This document shows, piece by piece, positions 1 to 9,800 of a stretch of 54,810 nucleotides of DNA. Below the pieces are notes generated by a model that was not told the DNA's origin, made no database searches, and was given only the letters and a program-made list of their open reading frames with translations. The stretch's first letter is position 1. Each line of letters starts with the position of its first letter. The stretch spans positions 1 through 54,810 of IMG/VR virus record IMGVR_UViG_3300045119_000359, one strand, 5' to 3'. The translations under genes and the position numbers were made by a program. Source of the stretch: a virus (taxonomy: Duplodnaviria > Caudoviricetes).

Positions 1-192
1 CCGGGCGAAGCGGCCAGATGCGCGGCACTTCGCGGCGCGAGGACAATGTGTTCTGGATCGTCTCTATTGATGACATCAGGAAAGACTCGGACGAGAGCGG
101 GGCGCAGTTCACCACCAGATTCACGAAGCAGAGCCGCAACACGCCGGACGAGATTCCCGATTACGAATGGCATTTTGAGCCGGACAAGCTGA
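1..192. repeat. Terminal direct repeat (copy 1) of a circularly permuted contig
   Basis: 1-192 is identical to 54619-54810 except T65/C54683 (synonymous Ser TCT/TCC). It lies inside a CDS, so the circular length is 54618 bp. Confidence 0.97.
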
Positions 193-401
193 CCGGCCTG
201 ATTACGGTCACCCATAAGATGGCGCACTCACTGACGGTCTTCCGGTCGGTGATCGAGTCCGGCGTGACCAAGCCCAGCGAGATCGCCAAGGTGATGAGAG
301 TCGAGGACTATCAGGTCTCCAGAATGGCGCACAAAGCCATAGGTCAGGGATGGCTGGAAAGGGTCAATAGAGGGGAGTATGCACTCATTGAAGGTAAATA
401 G
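1..401 (+). CDS. C-terminal part of primase-helicase (continues from 53130 across the circular junction)
   Basis: In frame with the 53130 ORF through the repeat. GRSGQMRGTSRRED is a RecA-like helicase motif, followed by a C-terminal HTH-like segment. Confidence 0.9.
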   Translation, partial: GRSGQMRGTSRREDNVFWIVSIDDIRKDSDESGAQFTTRFTKQSRNTPDEIPDYEWHFEPDKLTGLITVTHKMAHSLTVFRSVIESGVTKPSEIAKVMRVEDYQVSRMAHKAIGQGWLERVNRGEYALIEGK

Positions 402-402
402 T

Positions 403-591
403 TCTTGCACACTCTTGCAAACCGTCTTGCAGACTCTTGCACTTGCAACGTCTATATGTGTTGCAACTGCAAGAACTACCCTTTTTCCGGAGAACGAGTG
501 TTGATTATGAGACACTTACATTCCTGCAACACTCTTGCAGCCATGAATGCTCTTGCAAGAGTTTTTCGGCCAGTTCTTGCAGTGTCTTGCA
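403..591. repeat. Iteron-like TCTTGCA cluster, putative replication origin
   Basis: TCTTGCA at 403, 413, 425, 435, 533, 551, 575 and 585, plus inverted and partial copies, flanking a more AT-rich core just downstream of the primase-helicase gene. Confidence 0.65.
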
Positions 592-603
592 GTATCTCTA
601 GCC

Positions 604-1812
604 ATGATACCTGATTTTCGCATCCTTGTCGGTGACGCACTGGAAAAGCTGCGAGACCTCCCGCCGAAAAGCGTTCAAATGGTGGTGACCTCACCGCCAT
701 ACTACGGCCTGCGGGACTACGGCGATCCACGGCAGCTCGGATCAGAAAATTCCCCCGGGGAATACATCGAACGGATGGTCGCTATCAGCCGCGAGATCCA
801 CCGAGTCCTCCGCGACGACGGCACCTACTGGCTCAACCTCGGGGACAGCTACTACAACTACCGACCCGGGGTTGGACAGGCTCTGGTGAAGCAGACCGTT
901 GCCTCAAATGGACAAGACCTGCCCCAAGAATGTCCACGGCGGGCGAACGTTCTGGAAGGGTTCAAGGAAAAAGACCGGATGATGATTCCGGCGCGGGCCG
1001 CCATTGCGTTACAGGCCGATGGCTGGTATCTGCGGGACGAGATCGTGTGGCACAAGCCCAACCCGATGCCGGAGAGTTGCACCGATCGCACCACCAAATG
1101 CCATGAATTCATCTACCTGCTGACCAAGCAGGAGCAGTATTTCTACGATGGTTACGCCATCAAAGAACCGTACCTCGCGCCCATGAACCGATGGGGCGGC
1201 CAGAAGCTGAAGGCCGATGGGGAATCCATGTGGGACGAAGGCACCGGGCAGGCGACGTACCGCGACCGGGACATGCGGCCAGATCCGGCGGGACGTAACA
1301 AACGTTCCGTTTGGACGGTCAACACATCACCTTACCCTGATGCCCACTTCGCCACCTATCCCCCGGAGCTGATTACTCCGTGCATTCTGGCGGGGACATC
1401 CCAGATGGGCTGCTGTTCAAAATGTGGAGCACCGTGGGAGAGAGTGGTGGAAAAGGGAGAACCAGACCTTGAGCATCAGCTCGCCTGTGGCTCAAACATG
1501 ACTGGAGAGTACAGTGGCAGGGCCACCAAGTCATACGCCGAGGGCGGAGCGCAAGACCCGAGCGCGGTGAAGGCGAGAATTCTGGAAGGGATGCGGGAGA
1601 GCTTCACTGTCGGGTGGGAGCCGGGCTGCAAGGATTCCTGCCTTGGTGACGTCATTCCCTGCACGGTTCTAGATCCTTTTGGCGGGCGCGGGACAACCGC
1701 TGAAGTTGCCATCCAGCTTGGCAGGAGCTGTATCCTGATTGAGCTGAATCCCAAATACGCAAAGCTGTGCGAGCGCAGTGCCCATACTACCCCGGGGCTT
1801 AACCTGTTATGA
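604..1812 (+). CDS. Beta-class N4-cytosine/N6-adenine DNA methyltransferase with Cys-rich insertion
   Basis: TSPPYYGLRDYG (motif IV), RVLRDDGTYWLNLGDSY, HFATYPPELITPCI, VLDPFGGRGTT (motif I). Start placed at ATG 604 because the upstream extension is iteron DNA. Confidence 0.93.
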   Translation: MIPDFRILVGDALEKLRDLPPKSVQMVVTSPPYYGLRDYGDPRQLGSENSPGEYIERMVAISREIHRVLRDDGTYWLNLGDSYYNYRPGVGQALVKQTVASNGQDLPQECPRRANVLEGFKEKDRMMIPARAAIALQADGWYLRDEIVWHKPNPMPESCTDRTTKCHEFIYLLTKQEQYFYDGYAIKEPYLAPMNRWGGQKLKADGESMWDEGTGQATYRDRDMRPDPAGRNKRSVWTVNTSPYPDAHFATYPPELITPCILAGTSQMGCCSKCGAPWERVVEKGEPDLEHQLACGSNMTGEYSGRATKSYAEGGAQDPSAVKARILEGMRESFTVGWEPGCKDSCLGDVIPCTVLDPFGGRGTTAEVAIQLGRSCILIELNPKYAKLCERSAHTTPGLNLL

Positions 1813-2054
1813 ATTTTGAATTGAGACAAAAGAAGTACGAGGCACTGGTGGAACGTTACTACGGTAAACTCGACCTGCTGGCTGCATGGCAGGAACATCC
1901 CAATCCGCCGGTCAATTACATCAGAGACCTGAAAAAAAGGCTGAGAACCCATAAAAATGATCTTGTGTATCGGGGAGTGATAGCTCCTAATGGCGAAGAA
2001 TTTTTGGAGGAAGGTAAACTAACAAAGGAAGGAAATAACAACCATGTTGTTTGA
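1809..2054 (+). CDS. Hypothetical protein
   Basis: ATGA overlap with the methyltransferase stop; 81 aa. Confidence 0.65.
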   Translation: MNFELRQKKYEALVERYYGKLDLLAAWQEHPNPPVNYIRDLKKRLRTHKNDLVYRGVIAPNGEEFLEEGKLTKEGNNNHVV

Positions 2055-2244
2055 AGTAGCTATCTTGGAAAAACCAACCAAGAAAGAAGTAGAGGAAGAA
2101 GGTAAGACAGAGAAACTGGTGTTCGGCCCCAAGGCCGTAGTCGCCAATGACCCACAGAGCGCGGCCATTTCTGCCGTGCTCGACGGAGAGAAGATCGAAG
2201 TGGATCGCGCCCGCATGACGGTGCTTGTGCGCCCTTTTGCGTAG
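2044..2244 (+). CDS. Small phage protein ending in a -1 slippery site
   Basis: AAGGAAGG upstream; 66 aa ending LVRPFA. Confidence 0.8.
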   Translation: MLFEVAILEKPTKKEVEEEGKTEKLVFGPKAVVANDPQSAAISAVLDGEKIEVDRARMTVLVRPFA

Positions 2245-2326
2245 AGCCGGTGCCAAGGCCAGCGGGGAATAAAACACCATGGGACGACCCAGTTGCCCGA
2301 GTCTCTCCCATTCCCCGTGGCATCGG
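2232..2326 (+). other. Putative -1 programmed ribosomal frameshift signal (C CCU UUU plus stem-loop)
   Basis: Heptamer 2232-2238 in correct phase; stems 2247-2255/2318-2326 and 2263-2270/2310-2317; the -1 frame stays open to 2453. Confidence 0.7.
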
Positions 2327-2453
2327 TGAGGATGATTGGCGTGTAAAATTCGGAGTCGCAGGCCCACTGGGGCCGCATGGTGCATCCTACATGATGGCCT
2401 CTGCTCCGGCAGGTGGACAGACCTACACCGCAGCAAACCTGGGAGTAAAATAA

Positions 2454-2933
2454 ATGCCGCTTCTCAACTACACCACGGAGGTAAGTGCCGAGCGATCGGT
2501 AGCGGAGATTCAGTCCAAGCTGGCCAAGGCCGGTGCATGGCAGATTCTCCATGAATACCAGCGCGGCACCGGAGAGTTGATCGGGCTGTCGTTTCAGATC
2601 GACACTCAGTTTGGCCCAATGGCGTTTCGCCTGCCTGCCAACATCGACGCGGTGGAGAAAGTCCTTATCCGGCAACGGGTACGTCGTCGGCCTGACCTCA
2701 AAGCCCGGGGTCAGGCCACTCGGGTAGCGTGGCGCATCCTCAAAGACTGGGTGGAAGCCCAGCTCGCCCTCATTGAAACCGAGCAGGTTAAAATGGAGCA
2801 GGTCTTTTTCGCCTTCGTGCAGGACAGCAAGGGACGGACACTCTACGAGGCGTATGAGGAGAAAAAGTTTGCTGGACTGTTGATGCCCGGCGAACGCAAA
2901 GTGGTTCACATGGAGGAATCGAAATGCTCGTAA
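2454..2933 (+). CDS. Conserved-looking phage hypothetical protein
   Basis: GGAG RBS; 159 aa; RVAWRILKDWVEAQLALIE motif. Confidence 0.8.
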   Translation: MPLLNYTTEVSAERSVAEIQSKLAKAGAWQILHEYQRGTGELIGLSFQIDTQFGPMAFRLPANIDAVEKVLIRQRVRRRPDLKARGQATRVAWRILKDWVEAQLALIETEQVKMEQVFFAFVQDSKGRTLYEAYEEKKFAGLLMPGERKVVHMEESKCS

Positions 2934-4636
2934 TCTACCCATTCAGCGTCGTTGACCAGGATCAGGCGCTCAAAAACGCGCTCTGGATCAAGGAACTCGG
3001 AGGAAGCGAGGCGCATGACATATTCATGCTGTCTGACAGGAGATGCGACCCGGAGATCTGTCGGCAGATCAGGGAAGCGTTCAAGGGCACATTCAAGCTT
3101 TTGCAGCACCGCATGACCAAGAACGACATTGATGGATGGCCGCAGGGCGCAAACCAGTTGTTCTGCTACTCCACCTGCCTCATCCAGAACGAGCGAGGAT
3201 GGCCGTATTTTCTCTGGCTTGAACCGGATGCCATTCCCATCCGCCCGGGTTGGCTGGACTCGCTGGAGGCAGAATACCGGCTCAAAGGCAAGCCGTTTAT
3301 GGGAGAGCGCGTTGACCTTGGAGAGAAAAGGCCGGACGTCCCGGTGCACATGAGCGGGGTCGCCATTTACCAGAACCCGATTTACCTGCTGGCCGGTGAA
3401 GCGTACCGCGCCCATGAAGTGGCCTGGGACATCGCCGCCAAAGACCAGATCCTGCCCAACGCGCACTTCACGAAACAGATTCAGCATTATTGGAAACACG
3501 GCACGTTCACCGACCTGAGCGGCATCAGGCCGGAAACCGTGATTTTTCATTCATCGAAGGACGGAAGTTTGATTGACTTGCTCCGCTCGCAACGCAATGG
3601 TGTGTCGCGGGATGGAGCAGCGGTAGCTCGCCACGCTCATAACGTGGAGGCCGTGGGTTCGATTCCCACTCCCGCGACCATCAAAAAACTCCCCCACGGT
3701 GTTTGGGTCATTGAAGGTGACACCATTATCAGCAAGCAGGTAGAAGACAGTGGACGCCTTGATTTTGATCTCCTCATTCCTCACATCCTCCAACACATCA
3801 GACCCGGTGATACCGTGGTTGATGTTGGTGCTTTTATTGGGGATCATACTATTGCGTATTCTCACGCGGTAGGGAAAGACGGCAAGGTCATTGCCTACGA
3901 ACCCAGCCTGTCTGCCTTCCACTGCCTTGTGCATAATGTGGAACGATGCGGAAATGTCTTTACCTTTAATCACGCCCTTGGCGCATCACCAGATGTGGTC
4001 AGAATGACCACTTCTGCCAACGCCGCCAGCAATTACATCGGCGGAGTTGAGGGCGATAACATCATTGTCCGGCCACTGGACGAGGACATCTCCATCTTTG
4101 AGCGGCTGGACTTAATCAAGATCGACACCGAAGGCTACGAGCTGAAAGTCCTCAAGGGAGCGGAGAAACTCATCGAGAAATTCCATCCCAAACTGGTGGT
4201 CGAGATAAATGAGATCGCCTTGAACCGGCAGCACGTTACTCCGGAGGACGTCATTGCTTGGATCGTGCGGAAGGGCTACCAGGTCAGCATCCTTCACCGA
4301 CATGGCCCTGACGTTCCCTTTTATGACATTTTGGCAGTCGCCAATCGGCCACCGGAGATTTCAAGTGACGTCGGGATTGCCCATACTGACGAATCGCCCG
4401 CCGTCGCGCCTCCGGTGGCTGCCCATCGGCATCCCACCATCAAGGAAGAAATCGCATGGCACGTTGAAGTGCTGAGAGCATTTTGTGAACACGACCCTCA
4501 AACAAAAGCTGCGGTCATGCAGAAGCTGGTGTATTCTGGTCTTAGACAACCTAACAAGAAAAAGAATGCCACTTCAAAAACTCATAAACAAACCAACGGG
4601 AAACGTAGGGCCGCTGCTGAAGAACGCCAAACCTGA
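2924..4636 (+). CDS. Fusion of glycosyltransferase-like domain and FkbM-family SAM methyltransferase
   Basis: N-terminal FLWLEPDAIP...HMSGVAIY...IFHSSKDGSL (GT-A-like); VVDVGAFIGDHT, VIAYEP and LIKIDTEGYELKVLKGA (FkbM). Confidence 0.85.
   Translation: MLVIYPFSVVDQDQALKNALWIKELGGSEAHDIFMLSDRRCDPEICRQIREAFKGTFKLLQHRMTKNDIDGWPQGANQLFCYSTCLIQNERGWPYFLWLEPDAIPIRPGWLDSLEAEYRLKGKPFMGERVDLGEKRPDVPVHMSGVAIYQNPIYLLAGEAYRAHEVAWDIAAKDQILPNAHFTKQIQHYWKHGTFTDLSGIRPETVIFHSSKDGSLIDLLRSQRNGVSRDGAAVARHAHNVEAVGSIPTPATIKKLPHGVWVIEGDTIISKQVEDSGRLDFDLLIPHILQHIRPGDTVVDVGAFIGDHTIAYSHAVGKDGKVIAYEPSLSAFHCLVHNVERCGNVFTFNHALGASPDVVRMTTSANAASNYIGGVEGDNIIVRPLDEDISIFERLDLIKIDTEGYELKVLKGAEKLIEKFHPKLVVEINEIALNRQHVTPEDVIAWIVRKGYQVSILHRHGPDVPFYDILAVANRPPEISSDVGIAHTDESPAVAPPVAAHRHPTIKEEIAWHVEVLRAFCEHDPQTKAAVMQKLVYSGLRQPNKKKNATSKTHKQTNGKRRAAAEERQT
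3606..3680 (+). tRNA. tRNA with CAT anticodon (Met, or Ile2), encoded CCA, located inside a CDS
   Basis: Acceptor CGCGGGA/TCCCGCG, D stem GAGC/GCTC, anticodon stem CCACG/CGTGG with loop CTCATAA, T stem GTGGG/CCCAC with loop TTCGATT, 3' ACCA. Confidence 0.92.
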
Positions 4637-4659
4637 CGGCACCTGGGATTACCGACCTG

Positions 4660-5298
4660 TTAAGCGCCGCCCTTCACGACAACCTTTGCCGACCCCGGGG
4701 GATCGACGGTCACGGTCAGCACCGGAATAGACACATCGCCAGTGGAAGGCGGTGGCGTGTAGGCCGGAGGAGTGTCCTCGATGTGAACCCCTGAGATCTT
4801 GCTGGCAATGGCCTGACAGATTGTTTCAAAGTTGCGGTCGTACAGCTCGGCATCAGCCGTGCTGTCCACGAAGCAGACTTCGATCAGAATAGCCGGTTCA
4901 TCCGTGTTGTTCAGGAAGTAAAGGTCGTCCCTTTCCTTGGGGCCGCGGTTCAGGAAGCCACCGGAATGCGAGATCGCTGCGGCCACTTCCGACGCAAGGT
5001 CTTCCTGTGACACGAACAGGCACTCTGTTCCCATGGGTTTGGTTGTGGTTTGGTAGGCGTTAAAATGAACGGACACATCAAGGTCGCGTTCCTCGCCGTT
5101 GTGGAAGGCCACAATCCGTTCCAGGTTCTCGCTTTGCCCGGTGGAGACGTCATCATGGAACACTTCCGTCTTTACGCCTGCTCCGGCGAGCATCTCCGCC
5201 ACCCTGTTGACCACTTTTCGTGCTTCATCCACTTCATCGAGGTATCCGCTTGCTCCCCGGATGAGTTTCCCGTGACCGCTGCTTATTACTATTTTCAT
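4660..5298 (-). CDS. N-acetylmuramoyl-L-alanine amidase (Amidase_3) endolysin
   Basis: ISSGHG, DEVDE, VSVHFNA, AILIEVCFVDS zinc-amidase motifs. Confidence 0.93.
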   Translation of the reverse strand: MKIVISSGHGKLIRGASGYLDEVDEARKVVNRVAEMLAGAGVKTEVFHDDVSTGQSENLERIVAFHNGEERDLDVSVHFNAYQTTTKPMGTECLFVSQEDLASEVAAAISHSGGFLNRGPKERDDLYFLNNTDEPAILIEVCFVDSTADAELYDRNFETICQAIASKISGVHIEDTPPAYTPPPSTGDVSIPVLTVTVDPPGSAKVVVKGGA

Positions 5299-5302
5299 AT
5301 TT

Positions 5303-6886
5303 TTATCCCGAAGTATAGACCGGCCTGTGCCCTTTTCCACGCTGCCCTTTTGGAGTAACGGTCGGCTGGTAGTAGTGCGTCCCGAGCATGGCGGGAATCA
5401 TCACCAGTACAGCTTTCCCGAATGACCGAAGGACTTTCTCGTTGAAATCCGCGGGAACCCCGGTGTCCTGCGACATCTCCTCGGCAAATTTATGGATGCC
5501 TTCCTCGGTGAAGATGGGGCCAAGTTCCGCTGTGACAAATTCCAGCCAGTGCGCTGTGTCAGCCGGTGCCTTTCCGAACGGTGCGGGAACATCAGTCCCA
5601 CCGAAACCGTAGCCTTTCATCAACGTGCCTACGAAGTTGATGAATGGATGAACCTTGCCCAGAGCGTAGTTTCCGAAGATGGTAGGAGCCTGTTTCGGGT
5701 GCATGCCCATTCTTATCAGAGTACGGATCATCGACGTCTCTCCGCCGGTCGGGTTCAGGATGCTGCCATCCGGCCCTTTGGCACTTCCCCAGTCCGGGGA
5801 ATCAAAATCACCAAGGTTGATCTTCTCATCGCTCCCGAAGAAATGCGTGAGCAGCAACTGGTTCAGCATCAGGAGCGAAGTTCCTGTCAGGGCTATGCGA
5901 ATCCATTGCCGTGTGTTGTAACCGGCCATGTAACGCGCTTCAGGGCTGGCGTCCCTCCACAGTTTCTGGAGCTGGTCTCCAACCACGGGCACCTTGTTCA
6001 GATTGTGCCGCGCCAGCGTGGTCATTGACTGCCCCAGGTCAACCGGACGCATCACGCGCCCCACATCAAGAGATGGCGCAAAGGAAACACCCCGGGCGAA
6101 TTCACCGAATTTTCCGGACAACGCCAGTGCCGCGCTGGGGCCGGGGGCACCTGTCATGTGGGCGACATTTACGGAAATTCTCTTGCGCAACTCATCCGTT
6201 CTCAGGTGCTCGGGCGCACCATCCCATGCGGCGTCCCAGGCCATGCTCCGGAGTTCCTTCAGGCCAAGGAAACTGTTTGAAAGCATCCTGCCGAGTTTGC
6301 CGAAGAACCCGCTGCGGTGCTGGATGTCGTCATAGATCTTGCGGGGATCAATGGGAAGGCCGCTTGTTACTTTCTCATCGAACCGTGGATCGAGCATGAT
6401 ACTCTGCGCAATCTGTCGGGCGTTGGATTCGCTCATGGAACGCCATGAATCAGCCCAGGTTTTTCCGTAGGCTTTCCACATCATCGGGTCGAAGGCATAC
6501 GGCCATGCGTGTGTTCCGTGCAACGCAGCCTGGTGCCCGACCACCTTCAGGGAATAGGGAGCCTGATAGAAACCCCGGAAGAACCTGTTGAGCGGCGATC
6601 GCTCCGTCCCTTCCACGAACGTACGCGCCTGCCGGAGCATCTGCGCCCTGTTCCTGTCGGCCAGCAGCAGGTTCTTGGTGCGGAGCCTCACCGATTTGGG
6701 AGTCGCCAGCAGGCGTGCCACCTCCTCCGGCACCATGCGGATGCCCTTCTGGGCGTAAATGTCGTCAGACAGCCTGTGCGTCAGCTCCTTGAAGTCCGGG
6801 TAACCGTAGCGACCGGGCTGCTTCAGATAGCGTTCCTTGGCGTAATCCCAAAGCTCCTTAGCCTCCTTGATGGTATAACAGGCCAT
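5303..6886 (-). CDS. Putative internal virion/ejection protein with hydrophobic segments
   Basis: TAATG-coupled to the giant ORF; hydrophobic helix IALTGTSLLMLNQLLL; position at the end of the ejectosome block. Confidence 0.7.
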   Translation of the reverse strand: MACYTIKEAKELWDYAKERYLKQPGRYGYPDFKELTHRLSDDIYAQKGIRMVPEEVARLLATPKSVRLRTKNLLLADRNRAQMLRQARTFVEGTERSPLNRFFRGFYQAPYSLKVVGHQAALHGTHAWPYAFDPMMWKAYGKTWADSWRSMSESNARQIAQSIMLDPRFDEKVTSGLPIDPRKIYDDIQHRSGFFGKLGRMLSNSFLGLKELRSMAWDAAWDGAPEHLRTDELRKRISVNVAHMTGAPGPSAALALSGKFGEFARGVSFAPSLDVGRVMRPVDLGQSMTTLARHNLNKVPVVGDQLQKLWRDASPEARYMAGYNTRQWIRIALTGTSLLMLNQLLLTHFFGSDEKINLGDFDSPDWGSAKGPDGSILNPTGGETSMIRTLIRMGMHPKQAPTIFGNYALGKVHPFINFVGTLMKGYGFGGTDVPAPFGKAPADTAHWLEFVTAELGPIFTEEGIHKFAEEMSQDTGVPADFNEKVLRSFGKAVLVMIPAMLGTHYYQPTVTPKGQRGKGHRPVYTSG

Positions 6887-9800
6887 TAGCCGCAGACCTC
6901 CCTTAGTTTGGTGACCCAATCCAGCGTTGCTGGCCCTTCACGGTCAGTCCTGATGCGCTTAAATTCGTTGTCCATGGTATTGTAAACGTCAGCATTGGAC
7001 TTCATGTAGTCAGTCTGGGTCTCTTTTGTCTTCTGAGCAATCCTGCGGGCTGCGCCTTCCTCGGTCACCATGGGATCCCTGCCGCGAATCTCCCTGAACC
7101 GCCGCATTAGCCCGGTGTAGGATGTGGCGGATGCCGGATCTAGCGGCGCGTAGCCATTGAGCACCGGCAGCGTCTCCCTGGCCACTGCATCCATTGGCCG
7201 GTAGGCATTGGAAAATTTCTCCTCGACATTCAATGCTTCGTTGAACCTTTTCAGGAGACCTTCATCCTTCGGGTGCTTGGTCAGCGCGTCACCAACCTGA
7301 TTGGTAATCGACTGGAGATCGTTCAGGTGCGCCCGGGCTATTCCCATGGACGAAGTGGTGACCTTTCCGGTTCTCTGGAAATCCCTGACCACCTGATTGG
7401 GATCACCGCCTTTGGCCAGCCAGTCCTTCCCCTTGGTCAGAGCTTCATCCCATCCAATGGGTTCCCGGGGTTTCTGGTCTTCTACTGTCCGAACGGGTTC
7501 TTCATCGTGCCCGTAATGCCGGGCGGCTTCGGCAGCTCCGGTAGCTGCGTCTTCGTTGCTGGCGGTGCCTTCAAGGATGTCACCGAGGGATCCAGCCTGC
7601 TGATCTGTCTCTCCAGCTCGTTCAGCGCCGGTTGGTCTTTGTCTTTGAAACCTGACATCTCCCTGTGCATAGAACGAAGATACACGCTTGCGAGGAACTT
7701 CTGTTTCGTCGGGTCGTTCGGGGCCAAGGGCCGCACTAGACTTAAAGCTCTCGGCACGATTTTTCGTATTGTAATCCTGGAGTCTTTCATTGATCTGGTT
7801 GAAGGTATCCCAATGTTCAGCATAGATGTTTCTGAGGGCTTGTAAAAACTTTTCCTGTGGCACGCCCTTGGCTACCCTTCGCGCCTCGTTAGTCCCTTCC
7901 TCCGTGGTAAACGGCTCACCCTCGGTGCGTTTGGCAACATGGGTGATTTCGTGGTTGAACAGGTAAAAGGTTTCCGCTGCTGCTGCCTCTGGGCTGGTTC
8001 TGGCATAATGCGACAGAGCACCGGGGTTGACCCAGATGGCCTTGAAAGGACTGACCGTGTTGAGACCACGATAGCTCTTGTCGTAGGAAACACCGCCGAA
8101 CCATCCGGTGTGATCGGTCTTGGCGAGGTCAGCGTATTTCTCGCCAACCGCCTTCCCGAATTCCCGCATGTACTTGATGAGCGCGTTCCCGATCTTGGTT
8201 TCAAACTCCGCCGCCCCGGGTATGTCATCGAACTTGGCGTCGGTGTTATTGTGCAGATACGGCTTGGTAGGATCGAGGTGGCTTACGTCCAGCTTGGTCT
8301 TTTCAAAATCGACTTCCCTTTCCGGCTTGAAAGAAGGCTTGATGTACTGCTCAGGCGTGGTCTCGGTTGATTCACCGCCGGTGTAATGCGTTACGATCCT
8401 GTCCTTGCCAATATCTACGCTGGTCACCTTCCTTGGAGTGTATGGCGCGATCTCCCGCTGGGATTTGGCGGCGGCATTGATCCTGTCCACCTGCTCTTTA
8501 GTCAGGCTCTTGGTAGGATCAATGTCAGGAAGCTGCTTGATGGTCTTGAACACATCCTGTGCCTCAAGTAACTGCTGCTCGACAGCCTGGTTCTTGAAGT
8601 ACTGGTACATGGAATCCACATCTTTCTTGATGGTGGATCGGAATCCCTCCCGCTGGTTGTTAAAGGGATAAGCCGGGTTGTCGCCTCTTACATTGGGCCT
8701 GACGTCCAGCGCGAAATTGTAGGGGATCTTGGCCTCCCCGTAGCCGTAAACATCATTGCCATAAATGTCGAACTGATGCAGCCCGGCTGAAAGGACGTTG
8801 AACTTCGGGTAGTCGGTCTTGAATTTCGGATCGACGTAAACGTTGATCTTACCCCATGAGAAATTGAAGGTGTTATCCTTCTGCCAGTCCTTCTGGTGAA
8901 CCCCGAGAGGAAGCGTTTCCCCGTTCTTAACCACCTCGACAGGTGCCAGCAGTGGCTTGTCCAGAAAGGCCGGGTACTTGTGAAAATCAATGGCATGCGT
9001 TTCGCCATTGTTGTCAATGTAGCTCTTGGGTATCTTCACGGTGACCGTTGTGCCGTTAGGCTCATTGGTCTGTTCCTTCAGGATTTTAATAGTGGCCTTC
9101 GATCCTTCCTCAAGTGTCTGGGCTATCTCGTCGCTGCTGACATCTACGGTGGATTTCAGTTTGTCTTTGACTGTTTCCAGTCTGATTCGCTCCGACCCGA
9201 GCTGGAATGCCATCTTTGCCGCGCCCAGGCCGCCGGAGGTGTTTTCCGGAGAGCCAGTCTTTTTGGTTCCACCGATCGTGAAGAACGCCTTGCGCACTGT
9301 CTCCGGGGTCATGCCGATTCCGGTGTCCTTTACGGTGATCGTCCTTTTGTCGGCATCGTAATCTATGTGGATTGTCTTGGGATTTTTCGCCGTCGAACCG
9401 GCTTCACGCGAAGCATCGAGGGCGTTTTGCAGCAGCTCCTTGGTGGTCACCTCCAGTATCGGCTTTTCGTACATCGACTTTCCGAGTAGCTGGACGATCT
9501 GCCTCTTGTTCATCCCCATCTGGATTTGATCTTCACCACTGGAGGAATGAATGAGCGTGCTCCCCTTGTCGGCAGCCGCCGCAAGATCCATGTCGAGTTG
9601 CTCCGGAGACTTCTCATACCCCGGGGCAGAGGATTTCATTGGAAGCTCAGATCCCGGGAGGTCAGGCCCGAACTCGCCCTCATGGGTGAGTGCCACCAGA
9701 TCGGGATGCATCGGCCAGTTCTGCCACCGTGCCAGTTCAGCCTTCAACTGTTCGATCTTCCTTTGAACCGCCACCGGGTCTTTGACATCCACTCCCAGAC

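Noticed and set aside
1-192. Terminal repeat as a biological DTR or att site
   Set aside because: It lies mid-gene and restores the reading frame on circularisation, so it is best explained as an assembly overlap.
547-603. N-terminal extension of the methyltransferase and small ORFs over 405-730
   Set aside because: These are translations of the TCTTGCA repeat DNA; ATG 604 gives a normal N-terminus.
3606-3680. tRNA as a prophage attachment site
   Set aside because: There is no integrase and no second partial copy, and the tRNA is complete.
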